Shown piece by piece: positions 1 through 8,765 of a stretch of DNA of 27,750 nt. The stretch is from a virus. The position numbers and the translations under genes were made by a program. The stretch lies in the UHGV virus genome UHGV-0085994. One strand, 5' to 3'. Below the pieces are notes generated by a model. The model had not been told where the DNA came from. It searched no databases and saw only the letters and a program-made list of their open reading frames with translations. Position 1 is the stretch's first letter. Each line of letters starts with the position of its first letter.

Positions 1-53
1 TCATCGGGCATTATCTGAACATAAAACACTATCAATAAGTTGGAGTCATTACC
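1..53 (+). mobile_element. IS1 right-terminal fragment (last 53 bp of IS1; body of element lies outside the window)
   Basis: Positions 1-53 read TCATCGGGCATTATCTGAACATAAAACACTATCAATAAGTTGGAGTCATTACC, which I recognise as the 3' end of IS1 including the terminal inverted repeat; exact reverse complement is present at the other end of the window. Confidence 0.8.
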
Positions 54-324
54 AACTGATTGAAAGGGCATTGTTTACCTTACCCAGGAGTTCGCCAAAT
101 TCCCCCATCACTCTAGTAAGCCCGCGCCGCGCTTCCTCCTCCGTTGCATTCATCACAAAATGTTCAGCACTCCGCATGCTTTTAACGGGGAACGCAACAG
201 ATATCGAGTCGATATCAGGCATCCTATCGCTCAACTTTACGGTGACAATGACAGATGGCGACAGAATATTAGTGCTTACAGACAGCACTACATATTTTCC
301 GTCGATGTTGAAATCCTTTCTCAT
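49..324 (-). CDS. hypothetical protein immediately downstream of cre, C-terminally truncated by IS1 (stop codon lies inside the IS1 terminus); position corresponds to the cra/ref side of P1
   Basis: 91-aa ORF, ATG at 322-324, preceded by a C1-operator-like site at 341-357; reading frame runs into IS1 sequence at 49-53. Confidence 0.4.
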   Translation of the reverse strand: MRKDFNIDGKYVVLSVSTNILSPSVIVTVKLSDRMPDIDSISVAFPVKSMRSAEHFVMNATEEEARRGLTRVMGEFGELLGKVNNALSISW

Positions 325-340
325 ATGCCACCATAAATAT

Positions 341-357
341 CAAAAAATTAGAGCAAT
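341..357 (-). promoter_or_regulatory. C1 repressor operator-like site (13/17 match to ATTGCTCTAATAAATTT)
   Basis: Minus strand reads ATTGCTCTAATTTTTTG between cre stop and the next ORF start. Confidence 0.45.
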
Positions 358-374
358 CATTTACGTGTTAATGG

Positions 375-1406
375 CTAATTGCCATCTTCCAGCAGGCGCA
401 CCATTGCCCCTGTTTCACTATCCAGGTTACGGATATAGTTCATGACAATATTTACGTTGGTCCAGCCACCAGCTTGCATGATCTCCGGTATTGAAACTCC
501 GGCACGGGCCATATCTCGCGCGGCTCCGACACGGGCACTGTGTCCAGACCAGGCCAGGTACCTCTGTCCAGAGTCATCCTTAGCCCCGTAAATCAATCGG
601 TGAGTTGCTTCAAAAATCCCTTCTAGGGCGCGAGTTGATAGCTGGCTGGTGGGTGATGGCGAGGCAACACCATTTTTTCTGACCCGGCAAAACAGGTAGT
701 TATTCGGATCATCAGCCACACCAGAGACAGAAATCCATCGTTCGACCAGTTTAGTTACCCCCAGGCTAAGTGCCTTCTCTACACCTGCGGTGCTAACCAG
801 CGTTTTCGTTCTGCCAATATGGATTAACATTCTCCCACCGTCAGTACGTGAGATATCTTTAACCCTGATCCTGGCAATTTCGGCTATACGTAACAGGGTG
901 TTATAAGCAATCCCCAGAAATGCCAGATTACGTATATCCTGGCAGCGATCGCTATTTTCCATGAGTGAACGAACCTGGTCGAAATCAGTGCGTTCGAACG
1001 CTAGTGCCTGTTTTGCACGTTCACCGGCATCAACGTTTTCTTTTCGGATCCGCCGCATAACCAGTGAAACAGCATTGCTATCACTTGGTCGCTGCAGCCC
1101 GGACCGACGATGAAGCATGTTTAGCTGGCCCAAATGTTGCTGGATAGTTTTTACTGCCAGACCGCGCGCCTGAAGATATAGAAGATAATCGCGAACATCT
1201 TCAGGTTCTGCGGGAAACCATTTCCGGTTATTCAACTTGCACCATGCCGCCCACGACCGGCAAACGGACAGAAGCATTTTCCAGGTATGCTCAGAAAACG
1301 CCTGGCGATCCCTGAACATGTCCATCAGGTTCTTGCGAACCTCATCACTCGTTGCATCGACCGGCAATGCAGGCAAATTTTGGTGTACGGTCAGTAAATT
1401 GGACAT
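375..1406 (-). CDS. cre: Cre site-specific tyrosine recombinase (P1 Cre, near-identical)
   Basis: 343-aa translation matches the P1 Cre sequence as I recall it, with a few substitutions (e.g. C-terminus LEDGN); loxP lies about 420 bp upstream. Confidence 0.98.
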   Translation of the reverse strand: MSNLLTVHQNLPALPVDATSDEVRKNLMDMFRDRQAFSEHTWKMLLSVCRSWAAWCKLNNRKWFPAEPEDVRDYLLYLQARGLAVKTIQQHLGQLNMLHRRSGLQRPSDSNAVSLVMRRIRKENVDAGERAKQALAFERTDFDQVRSLMENSDRCQDIRNLAFLGIAYNTLLRIAEIARIRVKDISRTDGGRMLIHIGRTKTLVSTAGVEKALSLGVTKLVERWISVSGVADDPNNYLFCRVRKNGVASPSPTSQLSTRALEGIFEATHRLIYGAKDDSGQRYLAWSGHSARVGAARDMARAGVSIPEIMQAGGWTNVNIVMNYIRNLDSETGAMVRLLEDGN

Positions 1407-1413
1407 TTGACAC

Positions 1414-1635
1414 TCAGATAATGGTTTTAAGTAAAGTGTACAGGATCGGCTCTGCCTTTACCTGTTTATGGTTCTCGTCATAGAAACGCCAACGACCGCG
1501 ACTGCGTTCTATCTTTTCTTCACCGCGCGATAATGACAGTTGACAACTATCACGATCAAACCCTTTTGCCCGCCAGTAACCACGATTTTTCTCAAGCTCA
1601 AGATGAGTGGACACTTTAGCAGCTGAATATCCCAT
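1414..1635 (-). CDS. small hypothetical ORF between loxP and cre (73 aa); may be non-coding cre leader
   Basis: ORF with strong Shine-Dalgarno (AGAGGTGA, then ATG); ends 8 bp before cre start; no recognisable domain. Confidence 0.25.
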   Translation of the reverse strand: MGYSAAKVSTHLELEKNRGYWRAKGFDRDSCQLSLSRGEEKIERSRGRWRFYDENHKQVKAEPILYTLLKTII

Positions 1636-1730
1636 TTTTCACCTCTGATTGATTGGTGGTGCTAAGTGCGCTACGCGAAATCTGGAGCATTAACACTGCC
1701 AACATTTCGCAGATTTTACGTAGCGCAACC

Positions 1731-1754
1731 TTGATCAAATGATCAAGTGATCAC
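1731..1754. promoter_or_regulatory. cluster of three Dam (GATC) sites as TGATCA hexamers at 8-bp spacing in the cre upstream region
   Basis: TGATCA at 1732-1737, 1740-1745, 1748-1753, plus another at 1801-1806; P1 cre promoters are known to be Dam-methylation sensitive. Confidence 0.5.
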
Positions 1755-1824
1755 TATTTGACCTGATAAGGTATTGAACTGTATGGATTTACAGCTAAAT
1801 TGATCATGTTCAATAACCCTTAAT

Positions 1825-1858
1825 ATAACTTCGTATAATGTATGCTATACGAAGTTAT
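1825..1858 (+). other. loxP recombination site (34 bp: 13-bp inverted repeats flanking 8-bp spacer ATGTATGC)
   Basis: Exact ATAACTTCGTATAATGTATGCTATACGAAGTTAT. Confidence 0.98.
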
Positions 1859-1901
1859 TAGGTCTGAAGAGGAGTTTACGTCCAGCTGCGCATAAAAATC
1901 A

Positions 1902-1918
1902 AGAATTATTAGAGCAAT
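1902..1918 (-). promoter_or_regulatory. C1 operator (Op99-type), 15/17 match
   Basis: Plus strand AGAATTATTAGAGCAAT = reverse complement of the operator consensus. Confidence 0.6.
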
Positions 1919-1984
1919 AAATTTTGAGAGAAAAATCCCATTCCACCAGCCAAAAACTGGATTGTTTTTCATAGTTGTTTGACA

Positions 1985-2001
1985 ATTGCTCTAATAAATT
2001 A
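1985..2001 (+). promoter_or_regulatory. C1 operator (Op99-type), 16/17 match
   Basis: ATTGCTCTAATAAATTA. Confidence 0.7.
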
Positions 2002-2239
2002 TAGTTTTGCCGCCGTTACGTAATACGACTTTGGATTCACTATTTAATGTGTCTTCAGCGTTGTAGAGCGGCTCAGAAGGAAATGAGCAAACAGGGAAAC
2101 CTTATACAACGGCATTACAGCTATGCATTGCTCATCTTACACACAGCGCAATGTTGTTAGATTACCCCAGCATGGATCATGGGTGAAACAGTAGGTCAGA
2201 GCTTCAGGCTCTGTGTTGTCAATACAGTGAGGCATAATT

Positions 2240-2438
2240 ATGGCTTTCATTCAACCAACCATCGACGACGTTAGACATTGCTCTAACGCTTTATCTGTAG
2301 ACCCTGCCGAAACCGACGCTGCCCGCGCCATTGCTGAACACTACTCAAAGATATCCAAGCATCACCCAAGACGACCTGGATGACCTCACTGACACAATCG
2401 AATATCTCATGGCAACTAACCAGTTGGACTCACAATAA
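2240..2438 (+). CDS. coi-like small ORF (C1 inactivator position) upstream of c1; apparent frameshift (47-codon frame 2240-2383, protein-like continuation in +1 frame to TAA at 2436-2438)
   Basis: ATG at 2240 with GAGG Shine-Dalgarno; location between the operator cluster and c1 matches P1 coi; combined length about 66-70 aa versus 69 aa for P1 Coi. Confidence 0.35.
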
Positions 2439-2454
2439 ATGCACTAATAAATCT
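2438..2454 (+). promoter_or_regulatory. C1 operator-like site upstream of c1 (14/17)
   Basis: AATGCACTAATAAATCT about 95 bp upstream of the c1 start. Confidence 0.4.
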
Positions 2455-2548
2455 ATTATTTTTGTTTGATCCCTCTATAATATAGGTCAGTAATGACCGG
2501 TTTTCTCAGCCGGGCGTTATTGACCATGTCAATTCTGGAGGAGGATCA

Positions 2549-3400
2549 ATGATAAATTATGTCTACGGCGAACAACTGTACCAGGAGTTCGTCAGCTTCA
2601 GGGATCTCTTTCTAAAAAAAGCTGTTGCACGCGCCCAACACGTTGATACAGCCAGCGACGGTCGTCCTGTACGCCCGGTTGTCGTTCTACCGTTCAAAGA
2701 AACTGACAGCATTCAGGCTGAAATTGATAAATGGACTTTAATGGCGCGGGAACTGGAACAGTACCCAGACCTCAATATCCCAAAGACTATTTTATATCCA
2801 GTGCCTAACATCCTTCGCGGTGTGCGCAAGGTTACAACTTATCAGACAGAAGCTGTGAACAGCGTCAATATGACCGCTGGCCGTATTATTCATCTGATTG
2901 ATAAGGACATTCGCATCCAAAAAAGCGCGGGGATCAATGAGCACAGTGCGAAATACATAGAGAACCTGGAAGCAACAAAAGAGCTAATGAGGCAGTACCC
3001 GGAGGATGAAAAATTCCGTATGCGTGTACACGGCTTTAGCGAAACAATGCTGCGCGTCCACTACATCTCCAGTAGCCCTAACTACAATGATGGTAAATCA
3101 GTTAGTTACCATGTACCGCTGTGTGGCGTGTTTATCTGCGATGAAACTCTCCGTGATGGAATCATCATCAACGGTGAATTCGAGAAAGCAAAATTTAGCC
3201 TTTATGACTCTATAGAACCGATCATCTGCGACCGCTGGCCGCAGGCAAAAATATATCGCCTGGCAGATATTGAAAATGTAAAAAAACAAATTGCCATCAC
3301 TCGCGAAGAGAAAAAGGTTAAGTCAGCCGCATCAGTTACGCGCAGCCGTAAAACCAAGAAGGGGCAGCCAGTAAACGACAACCCCGAAAGCGCGCAATAA
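2549..3400 (+). CDS. c1: C1 repressor of lysogeny (P1 immC)
   Basis: 283 aa, the length of P1 C1; N-terminus MINYVYGEQLYQEF; preceded by GGAGGA Shine-Dalgarno and an operator cluster; cognate 17-bp operators occur throughout the window. Confidence 0.9.
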   Translation: MINYVYGEQLYQEFVSFRDLFLKKAVARAQHVDTASDGRPVRPVVVLPFKETDSIQAEIDKWTLMARELEQYPDLNIPKTILYPVPNILRGVRKVTTYQTEAVNSVNMTAGRIIHLIDKDIRIQKSAGINEHSAKYIENLEATKELMRQYPEDEKFRMRVHGFSETMLRVHYISSSPNYNDGKSVSYHVPLCGVFICDETLRDGIIINGEFEKAKFSLYDSIEPIICDRWPQAKIYRLADIENVKKQIAITREEKKVKSAASVTRSRKTKKGQPVNDNPESAQ

Positions 3401-3404
3401 ATTA

Positions 3405-3424
3405 TGCCCGGCATCAACCGGGCA
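3405..3424. terminator. bidirectional stem-loop between convergent c1 and ant
   Basis: TGCCCGG-CATCAA-CCGGGCA hairpin flanked by A/T-rich sequence. Confidence 0.45.
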
Positions 3425-3432
3425 TTCTTCCA

Positions 3433-4548
3433 TTATTCAGCCGCCACCGGTTTTAACAAGCCAGCATCGAGCAGTTTACGCGTCAACCACTGCTGGCCTT
3501 TACCCGTTAATTGAGGCGTCAACCGTATCTGGTAGCCATCTTCATCATCCAGCACCACTTCTTTCACCGTGAAATACCCCGCGTTGATGTACTGCTGGAA
3601 CGGCACATTTTTACGTCCACCGGACGCTATCAGGATGCCGTTCTCCCGTAACCAGGCAAACAGCGCGTTTTGCTTAAGTCCAACAACCTTTGCAAAATTC
3701 CCAATCAGGATCCCTTTAGCTACTGATACCCGGTCGGCAAAATCGACTTTAGGAGCGGCGGCCACCAGCTGCTGATTTAGCTGGTGGGCTTTCTGTTCCA
3801 GAAGCTGCTTTTGTTCAGCCAGTTCGGCAGCCAGGCGCAGAGCTTCTGGAAGCGTCTGGGGGATTGCAACCGGTTGCTGTTCTTTTTGTCGGAAGTAGCT
3901 GTCTTCCAGTTTTTCAAAGAATGCCCATGCCTGATCGGTTTCGATCATTTTAGCGTGGCGGGCTGCGCCGCGTTCCGTCCAGAGGATGAGTGAGCGGGCT
4001 TTAGGAGAGATAGGATTTTGTGAGTTACTTAAAGTCACTCGCAAATTGTTCAAATCATCTCCAATAACTTTATAGAAATGCTTGCCTTCACAAAAACGTT
4101 CAGCATTACGGGAAAAGTTCTTCTTGATGTTATCCGCATCTGTCCCATACCCCTTAGCAAGGATCTTAGTTGTCACTACACGCACTCCCAGCCATTCCAG
4201 AACGGGAATTTCATCAGACTGATTCTGAACAACCACCAGCTCCGATTCCTGAACTGAAGGTGCATGAGTTTTTTCTGATTTAACGTTAGTTGCTTTCATT
4301 CTGTGTGCCTCCTTGCGTGTTTCGGCTGCGACGGTTGCGTAATTCAGATGCCCCTGTTCGAGCAGGTATTCGCGGATATCAGACAACAGAATGCGGTGAA
4401 CAGCGTTCTTGTCCTTTCTCCGGTAAAGTTGTTTGGTGATCATGAAGTAGTTGGCAATAACGCCCGGTATATCCCTGGTACTGATACAGGATGTGTGCTG
4501 TTCAATTGCCTCAATCATTTCTTCACGGGTGACTAATGACGTTCTCAT
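3433..4548 (-). CDS. ant: antirepressor Ant (Bro-N/KilA-N-like N-terminal region, KilAC/ANT-like C-terminal domain)
   Basis: 371 aa; translationally coupled to the upstream 73-aa ORF (4-bp overlap); sits downstream of a c4-like antisense arrangement, as in the P1 immI operon. Confidence 0.65.
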   Translation of the reverse strand: MRTSLVTREEMIEAIEQHTSCISTRDIPGVIANYFMITKQLYRRKDKNAVHRILLSDIREYLLEQGHLNYATVAAETRKEAHRMKATNVKSEKTHAPSVQESELVVVQNQSDEIPVLEWLGVRVVTTKILAKGYGTDADNIKKNFSRNAERFCEGKHFYKVIGDDLNNLRVTLSNSQNPISPKARSLILWTERGAARHAKMIETDQAWAFFEKLEDSYFRQKEQQPVAIPQTLPEALRLAAELAEQKQLLEQKAHQLNQQLVAAAPKVDFADRVSVAKGILIGNFAKVVGLKQNALFAWLRENGILIASGGRKNVPFQQYINAGYFTVKEVVLDDEDGYQIRLTPQLTGKGQQWLTRKLLDAGLLKPVAAE

Positions 4549-4766
4549 AGTCCCTCCTGAGCAGAAGCGTTAACAGGGAGGCACCAGTAACTGAGAGAGT
4601 TGCGCGAATCAGTGGAAAAGCGGGCAGAGAAAATGCAGGGAGCGTCAGGAAGCTGAGAACGGGCCTCATCTTCTGTCGGTGCAATAACGAAGTGATAGTG
4701 ACGTTTCTGGCAGGAATAGAAGCGCCAGATGAATTCAGGATGAGTTGGGGTAGGGACAGTAGCCAT
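4545..4766 (-). CDS. icd: Icd-like small protein (immI operon leader gene)
   Basis: 73-aa ORF overlapping ant start; Shine-Dalgarno AAGGAGG coincides with a sequence complementary to the upstream antisense element. Confidence 0.5.
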   Translation of the reverse strand: MATVPTPTHPEFIWRFYSCQKRHYHFVIAPTEDEARSQLPDAPCIFSARFSTDSRNSLSYWCLPVNASAQEGL

Positions 4767-4799
4767 AATGGCAGCCTCCTTTGACTAAGTTAAGGAGCT

Positions 4800-4890
4800 A
4801 CCGCGTGAGGTCTCAATCTCAATGGCGGTAGCACTGACTGGGTTGAGACTACCGGCGTCAAAGGGAACCGGCCTGCCTTTCGGCAGCCCA
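4800..4890 (-). ncRNA. c4: c4-type antisense RNA (candidate), with loops complementary to the icd leader
   Basis: Minus-strand elements GUCUCAA (4843-4849) and CCUUUGAC (4857-4864) lie in two predicted hairpin loops and are complementary to UUGAGA(C) repeats (4810-4823) and GUCAAAGGAGG (4776-4786, icd RBS); same-sense copies lie upstream at 5000-5006 and 4981-4988, giving the a1/b1 - a'/b' - a2/b2 layout described for P1 c4. Boundaries are approximate. Confidence 0.4.
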
Positions 4891-4950
4891 GCCAGCACTA
4901 CCATTGATTTCGGAGCTAAACGCTACGTATGGCTGTGCGATGGCATGACA

Positions 4951-4975
4951 CAAAAAAAGACGCTTTCGGCGTCTG
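4951..4975 (-). terminator. rho-independent terminator (minus strand) downstream of pacB
   Basis: AGACGC-loop-GCGTCT hairpin followed by U7 on the minus strand. Confidence 0.5.
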
Positions 4976-5105
4976 TGTCGCCTTTGACATTATCCGGGGT
5001 CTCAATCCCGGCACCCGTTTTAATGAGGTGCCTGATAAGCATAAACCGAAAATGCCTCAAGGCGCAAGAGGTCAGGTTCAATGTAACATCGGTAGTTAAA
5101 AAACA

Positions 5106-5122
5106 CAATTTATTAGAGCAAA
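5106..5122 (-). promoter_or_regulatory. C1 operator (Op51-like, upstream of c4/icd/ant), 15/17
   Basis: Plus strand CAATTTATTAGAGCAAA. Confidence 0.6.
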
Positions 5123-5125
5123 TAT

Positions 5126-6610
5126 TCATTCATTAAGCCATGCCAGAGCTTCATCAACCTGCGCTTCGTCTTCGACGCTAAGCACTTCATCCTGGGGAAC
5201 ATAATCCGCCAGCATAGCGAAACAATATGTATCCCAATGGTCTGGTGAGTGCAGGTTGAGTTTTTTCTTCATATCCTCCTTACTCATCACCTTCCATTGA
5301 CCTGCGGAGTTAATCCCTACAGGGATTTTCGACGCTTCCTCAATAGTTTCATTACCCTTATCCAGTCTCATACGACCAGATTTTACGGCCTCTGCGGCTT
5401 GAACGTTGGCATAAGCACGTTTATCAAAGTACAGGCTCTTATCTTCACGGCTATGCATCTTTTTACCCCAGCGTATACGCTGTACGGTAATACCATAATA
5501 CTCGTACATCAGATCCGCCGTTGCTTTACCCAGGCCATCGCCGTCTATCGCTATGGTGATATTTGGGAATCGCTCAGGATTACATTCTGCGAAAATTTTG
5601 GCGGCAAGCTGCGTTTCTGTAACGTCTGTGTATTCCAGCATTCGATAGTTGATTACACGGCGTTTATTTCGCTGGCCGGACACCATCATGATATTGATAA
5701 CGGACTTATCCCGTCCCGTACCACCAGCAACGTCCACACATGCAAGCCAGCCCCATCCTTTGGCAATCTTGACTTTCCGCCGCGTCGCACGTTCAACCTC
5801 ATCACGTCCAAGAAGGAAGCCATCCTGTGATTTAGGGAATAGTCCGCGTACCTTAATCATGTACATAGGGTTATCACGCCCGCCGTACTCCGCCAGCTTC
5901 ATTTTGATAAATGCTGGCGTTACCAGCGGTGATTCCTCACTGTTAAGCGTGATCGCCGTATAAACGCCATCAGGGTTACCAGGACGCTTGGCCAGTTTAT
6001 GGTGAGTATCGTAGAAATAGCCGCTTGGGCGTGTAGGCTGTGACAGTAATAAGATGCGGTTATCCTGTCCGGTAAGAGCACCAGTGATGATACCGAAAGC
6101 TCTATCACTGACACCGGAGGCTTCATCGATAATATACAGAAGATGATCTGCGTGTTCACCGGCGAGAGCTTCTTCACTTCCCAGACGAAAGCCCTTCGGT
6201 ACTACAGTCCATACACCTTTACCAGTAACCTCATATAAAGCGGTTTCTGTCAGAACAAAATAATCAGCAAGCCATGGAAAACGGCTGGTGGCAGTAGCCC
6301 AGTTTATCTTGATGTACTTGAATATACCGGTCATTACCTGCTGAATTTTGTTCGCAACGATAATGGCACGGGCACCGGGATACATGATTATGAACAACAT
6401 GATCATGATAGAAGTCATGTCTGATTTCCCGGTACCGTGGCCAGACGAAACAGATGTCTTGCTACCCTGTTCCTGCACAGACTCAATAATCAGATCCTGC
6501 TGCCAGGTAGGTGTTTTGCCGAACAAAACATCAGCGGCCGCAATCCAGTCATAACGATATAGCGCCACCAGCTCGCGCCAACGTGGATCCGTTACGCAAC
6601 TTCTGGCCAT
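5126..6610 (-). CDS. pacB: terminase large subunit (PacB-like)
   Basis: 494 aa, the length of P1 PacB as I recall it; Walker A-like SGHGTGKS; directly downstream of the small-terminase-like ORF. Confidence 0.8.
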   Translation of the reverse strand: MARSCVTDPRWRELVALYRYDWIAAADVLFGKTPTWQQDLIIESVQEQGSKTSVSSGHGTGKSDMTSIMIMLFIIMYPGARAIIVANKIQQVMTGIFKYIKINWATATSRFPWLADYFVLTETALYEVTGKGVWTVVPKGFRLGSEEALAGEHADHLLYIIDEASGVSDRAFGIITGALTGQDNRILLLSQPTRPSGYFYDTHHKLAKRPGNPDGVYTAITLNSEESPLVTPAFIKMKLAEYGGRDNPMYMIKVRGLFPKSQDGFLLGRDEVERATRRKVKIAKGWGWLACVDVAGGTGRDKSVINIMMVSGQRNKRRVINYRMLEYTDVTETQLAAKIFAECNPERFPNITIAIDGDGLGKATADLMYEYYGITVQRIRWGKKMHSREDKSLYFDKRAYANVQAAEAVKSGRMRLDKGNETIEEASKIPVGINSAGQWKVMSKEDMKKKLNLHSPDHWDTYCFAMLADYVPQDEVLSVEDEAQVDEALAWLNE

Positions 6611-7278
6611 TAATCATCATCCCCGTATAGCTTGCGGGTAACTTCTTCGTCTTCCTCCTCGTCTTCGTCCAGGTCTTGTTCCAGCCATGGGTCGTTTGAT
6701 ACACCTTCAGTATCAACATCTCCATAACCGCCTGTATCAACGATATCGGCGATTTCTTCCCTACGCTGCTCAATCCACAATGCGGCATCGGCGCGGCGGT
6801 TGGCGGCCCGTTCTCGCGCGATTTTATCCAGATCTTCAAGTGATGGAGCGCCAGATGCTGTTTGGTTTTCCTCATCATCGGTATTGGTCTTAGGAGCACG
6901 CAGATCGGCTTTGATTTGCTCCAGCATCAGGGGCGGCACTTTCCCGCCATGCGCCTCGATGAATTCAGCTGCTTCCAGCACTGACCAGTTATTTTCACGC
7001 TTTCGTTCGTATGCCAGCTTAACAATGCCAGCTTGCCCCATAGACAAAGCGTGCTTTTCCGCCTCCCGGCTTTCTTTTCGATAGTTATTCCGGATGCTGT
7101 AAATGGTGTTGATCAGGCTGCTTATCTGCGCGGAACAGCTGTTTAGCATGCTCGCGATACGGTATTCAGGCGGAGTACCTTCATCATCGTCTTTTTGCTG
7201 ATCGCGCATTTCCTGCACCAGGCGAATACACGTAAACATCGCGCTTATCGACATCCAGATGCGGGTATTCCTTTTCAA
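6610..7278 (-). CDS. terminase small subunit-like (PacA-like), downstream frame; acidic C-terminal tail
   Basis: 222-aa ORF overlapping the upstream 73-aa ORF in a different frame; C-terminus DEDEEEDEE typical of small terminase; stop overlaps pacB start. Confidence 0.45.
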   Translation of the reverse strand: MKRNTRIWMSISAMFTCIRLVQEMRDQQKDDDEGTPPEYRIASMLNSCSAQISSLINTIYSIRNNYRKESREAEKHALSMGQAGIVKLAYERKRENNWSVLEAAEFIEAHGGKVPPLMLEQIKADLRAPKTNTDDEENQTASGAPSLEDLDKIARERAANRRADAALWIEQRREEIADIVDTGGYGDVDTEGVSNDPWLEQDLDEDEEEDEEVTRKLYGDDD

Positions 7279-7405
7279 GGATTGCTGCGAGTTCTTTCGC
7301 TGATAGAAGAGATTTAGTGCGGATCATGTAATCCGCAATCTCGTACGATGTTATTCGTGAGTGATTTATTTCCATGAAGTGGCGTCCCTGCCAGTTAAGT
7401 AACAT
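7184..7405 (-). CDS. terminase small subunit-like, upstream frame (probable N-terminal part of a split pacA-like gene)
   Basis: 73-aa ORF with an HTH-like segment; overlaps 6610..7278 by 95 nt in another frame; C1 operator-like site just upstream. Confidence 0.35.
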   Translation of the reverse strand: MLLNWQGRHFMEINHSRITSYEIADYMIRTKSLLSAKELAAILEKEYPHLDVDKRDVYVYSPGAGNARSAKRR

Positions 7406-7475
7406 CCTGTCACCTACTGATTAGCCCATGTCAACTAATCAACGTGGAATATAATACCCTCGATTAAAGAAATAG

Positions 7476-7492
7476 CAATACATTAGAGCAAT
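7476..7492 (-). promoter_or_regulatory. C1 operator-like site upstream of the pacA-like gene (14/17)
   Basis: Plus strand CAATACATTAGAGCAAT. Confidence 0.4.
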
Positions 7493-7493
7493 T

Positions 7494-8537
7494 TTATCTA
7501 ACACTCGACGAGTAACTTGTGATAGCGCCGACTCCAAGCGCGTAATCAAAGAACAATCGTTGATGCATCGCCAGCCTACCGTGCGTCTTCTCCCAATTAT
7601 CGCGGTCACGCTCAATATCACGCTGGCATGACTGGCACAGAGGAATTGCGTAAATGTCATGCGCGCATAATCGACTATGACGAACGATATAAGGCGTAAT
7701 GTAAGCGCCAGCTCCCGCCGCTCCACACCCACAGCATGGACGGGAAGCAACAAAGTCCATGTACTCAGGTAATTTTAGCGATTGCAGTTTTGGTATTTTG
7801 AAATGCGCCATGCCAGGGTCGGAGTCAACATCCACAGGGCATACTTTTGCACGCATCGGCGCGGCGCGTTCTTCCATCATCTGAACATATGCTGTAGCGC
7901 GATCGTCATACGGGCGAATATCCGCCTCTTTCAGAGGTCCGCTATCCTGCGTTGCGGCTTTCATCTTATTTATTGATATACGGCAAACTTCTTCCGGCAT
8001 CAGGTGCATCATGTTGCGCATGAAAGCCCACCAGCACAGTTCTTGAATACTTAAATCATGGCCATCTGAAAGCCCCATTTCCTGACGGGCGACATCCAGT
8101 ATCCAGTTAACGCGATTATTATGCAGCGTTTCTTTCAGCTCATTAAAACCACGCATCCGGTAATGGTTATCGTGATGCCAGCACAACAACACCGCGCTAT
8201 TGTCTCGTTCTGCGTGGACAATATGGTTGTCACACCAGCTACGATCTGCGGCCTGGCATTGCCCCTCTTTCCTGCGCAACCACGCCACCAGCGCGTCAAT
8301 TCCACCAATACGGCGAAACAGTTCATCGCTGTTAAAAAACGGCTGCAACGCCTCATTTGTTGCCATAGTTTGCTCGGAAACAACGAGGCCGTCGTCCATG
8401 TGCTCGATTAACTCACGCGGCACCGGCTCCATAATAAATTTACGGCCAGCCTCCACCAGCTTTCTGACTTCCTGATCCACTTTAAATGTGGCGACGCCAA
8501 GCTCTTTTTGTACAAAGGGAGTAATTACGGCTTTCAC
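7494..8537 (-). CDS. hypothetical Cys/His-rich protein (possible HNH-like or zinc-binding nuclease next to terminase)
   Basis: 347 aa; motifs CWHHDNH and CCGCG...HSRLCAHD...CQSCQ; no domain confidently recognised. Confidence 0.55.
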   Translation of the reverse strand: MKAVITPFVQKELGVATFKVDQEVRKLVEAGRKFIMEPVPRELIEHMDDGLVVSEQTMATNEALQPFFNSDELFRRIGGIDALVAWLRRKEGQCQAADRSWCDNHIVHAERDNSAVLLCWHHDNHYRMRGFNELKETLHNNRVNWILDVARQEMGLSDGHDLSIQELCWWAFMRNMMHLMPEEVCRISINKMKAATQDSGPLKEADIRPYDDRATAYVQMMEERAAPMRAKVCPVDVDSDPGMAHFKIPKLQSLKLPEYMDFVASRPCCGCGAAGAGAYITPYIVRHSRLCAHDIYAIPLCQSCQRDIERDRDNWEKTHGRLAMHQRLFFDYALGVGAITSYSSSVR

Positions 8538-8564
8538 ATCACACCTTTCATCACTGATTGGGCT

Positions 8565-8765
8565 TTATCTGCTGCCCGGCATTCTCTGTTTAAGCACAAC
8601 CATTTCCTGACGGCATAACACAGCAATAGCGGTCCTGGCACCAATTTGCTTACCAACCAGGTATTGCTTTACCTCGCGGCGACTCACGCCATCAAGAAGC
8701 ATCTTTAACGCTTCACGGGACAACTTGTTGTATTTACGTGCCATTAATCTACTCCGCGGAACCAT
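8565..8765 (-). CDS. small protein with possible LuxR/GerE-like helix-turn-helix (66 aa)
   Basis: [32 protein letters not shown] pattern; overlaps doc 3' end by 17 nt. Confidence 0.35.

Noticed and set aside
71-445. 124-aa plus-strand ORF
   Set aside because: Antisense to the cre 3' end and the downstream ORF; low-complexity translation; no RBS
1731-1806. TGATCA hexamer cluster as a P1-type pac site
   Set aside because: It lies between loxP and cre, where P1 has Dam-regulated cre promoters; the P1 pac site is inside pacA and has more hexamers arranged in two groups
4822-5136. 104-aa plus-strand ORF and 68-aa minus-strand ORF in the pacB - icd intergenic region
   Set aside because: Region is better explained by the C1 operator, terminator and c4-type RNA elements; translations are not protein-like
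5249-6554. Several plus-strand ORFs (193, 104, 68 aa) inside pacB
   Set aside because: Antisense overlaps of a well-supported terminase gene
7439-7753. 104-aa minus-strand ORF overlapping the 3' end of the 347-aa gene
   Set aside because: Alternative frame within a longer, better-supported ORF; no start context
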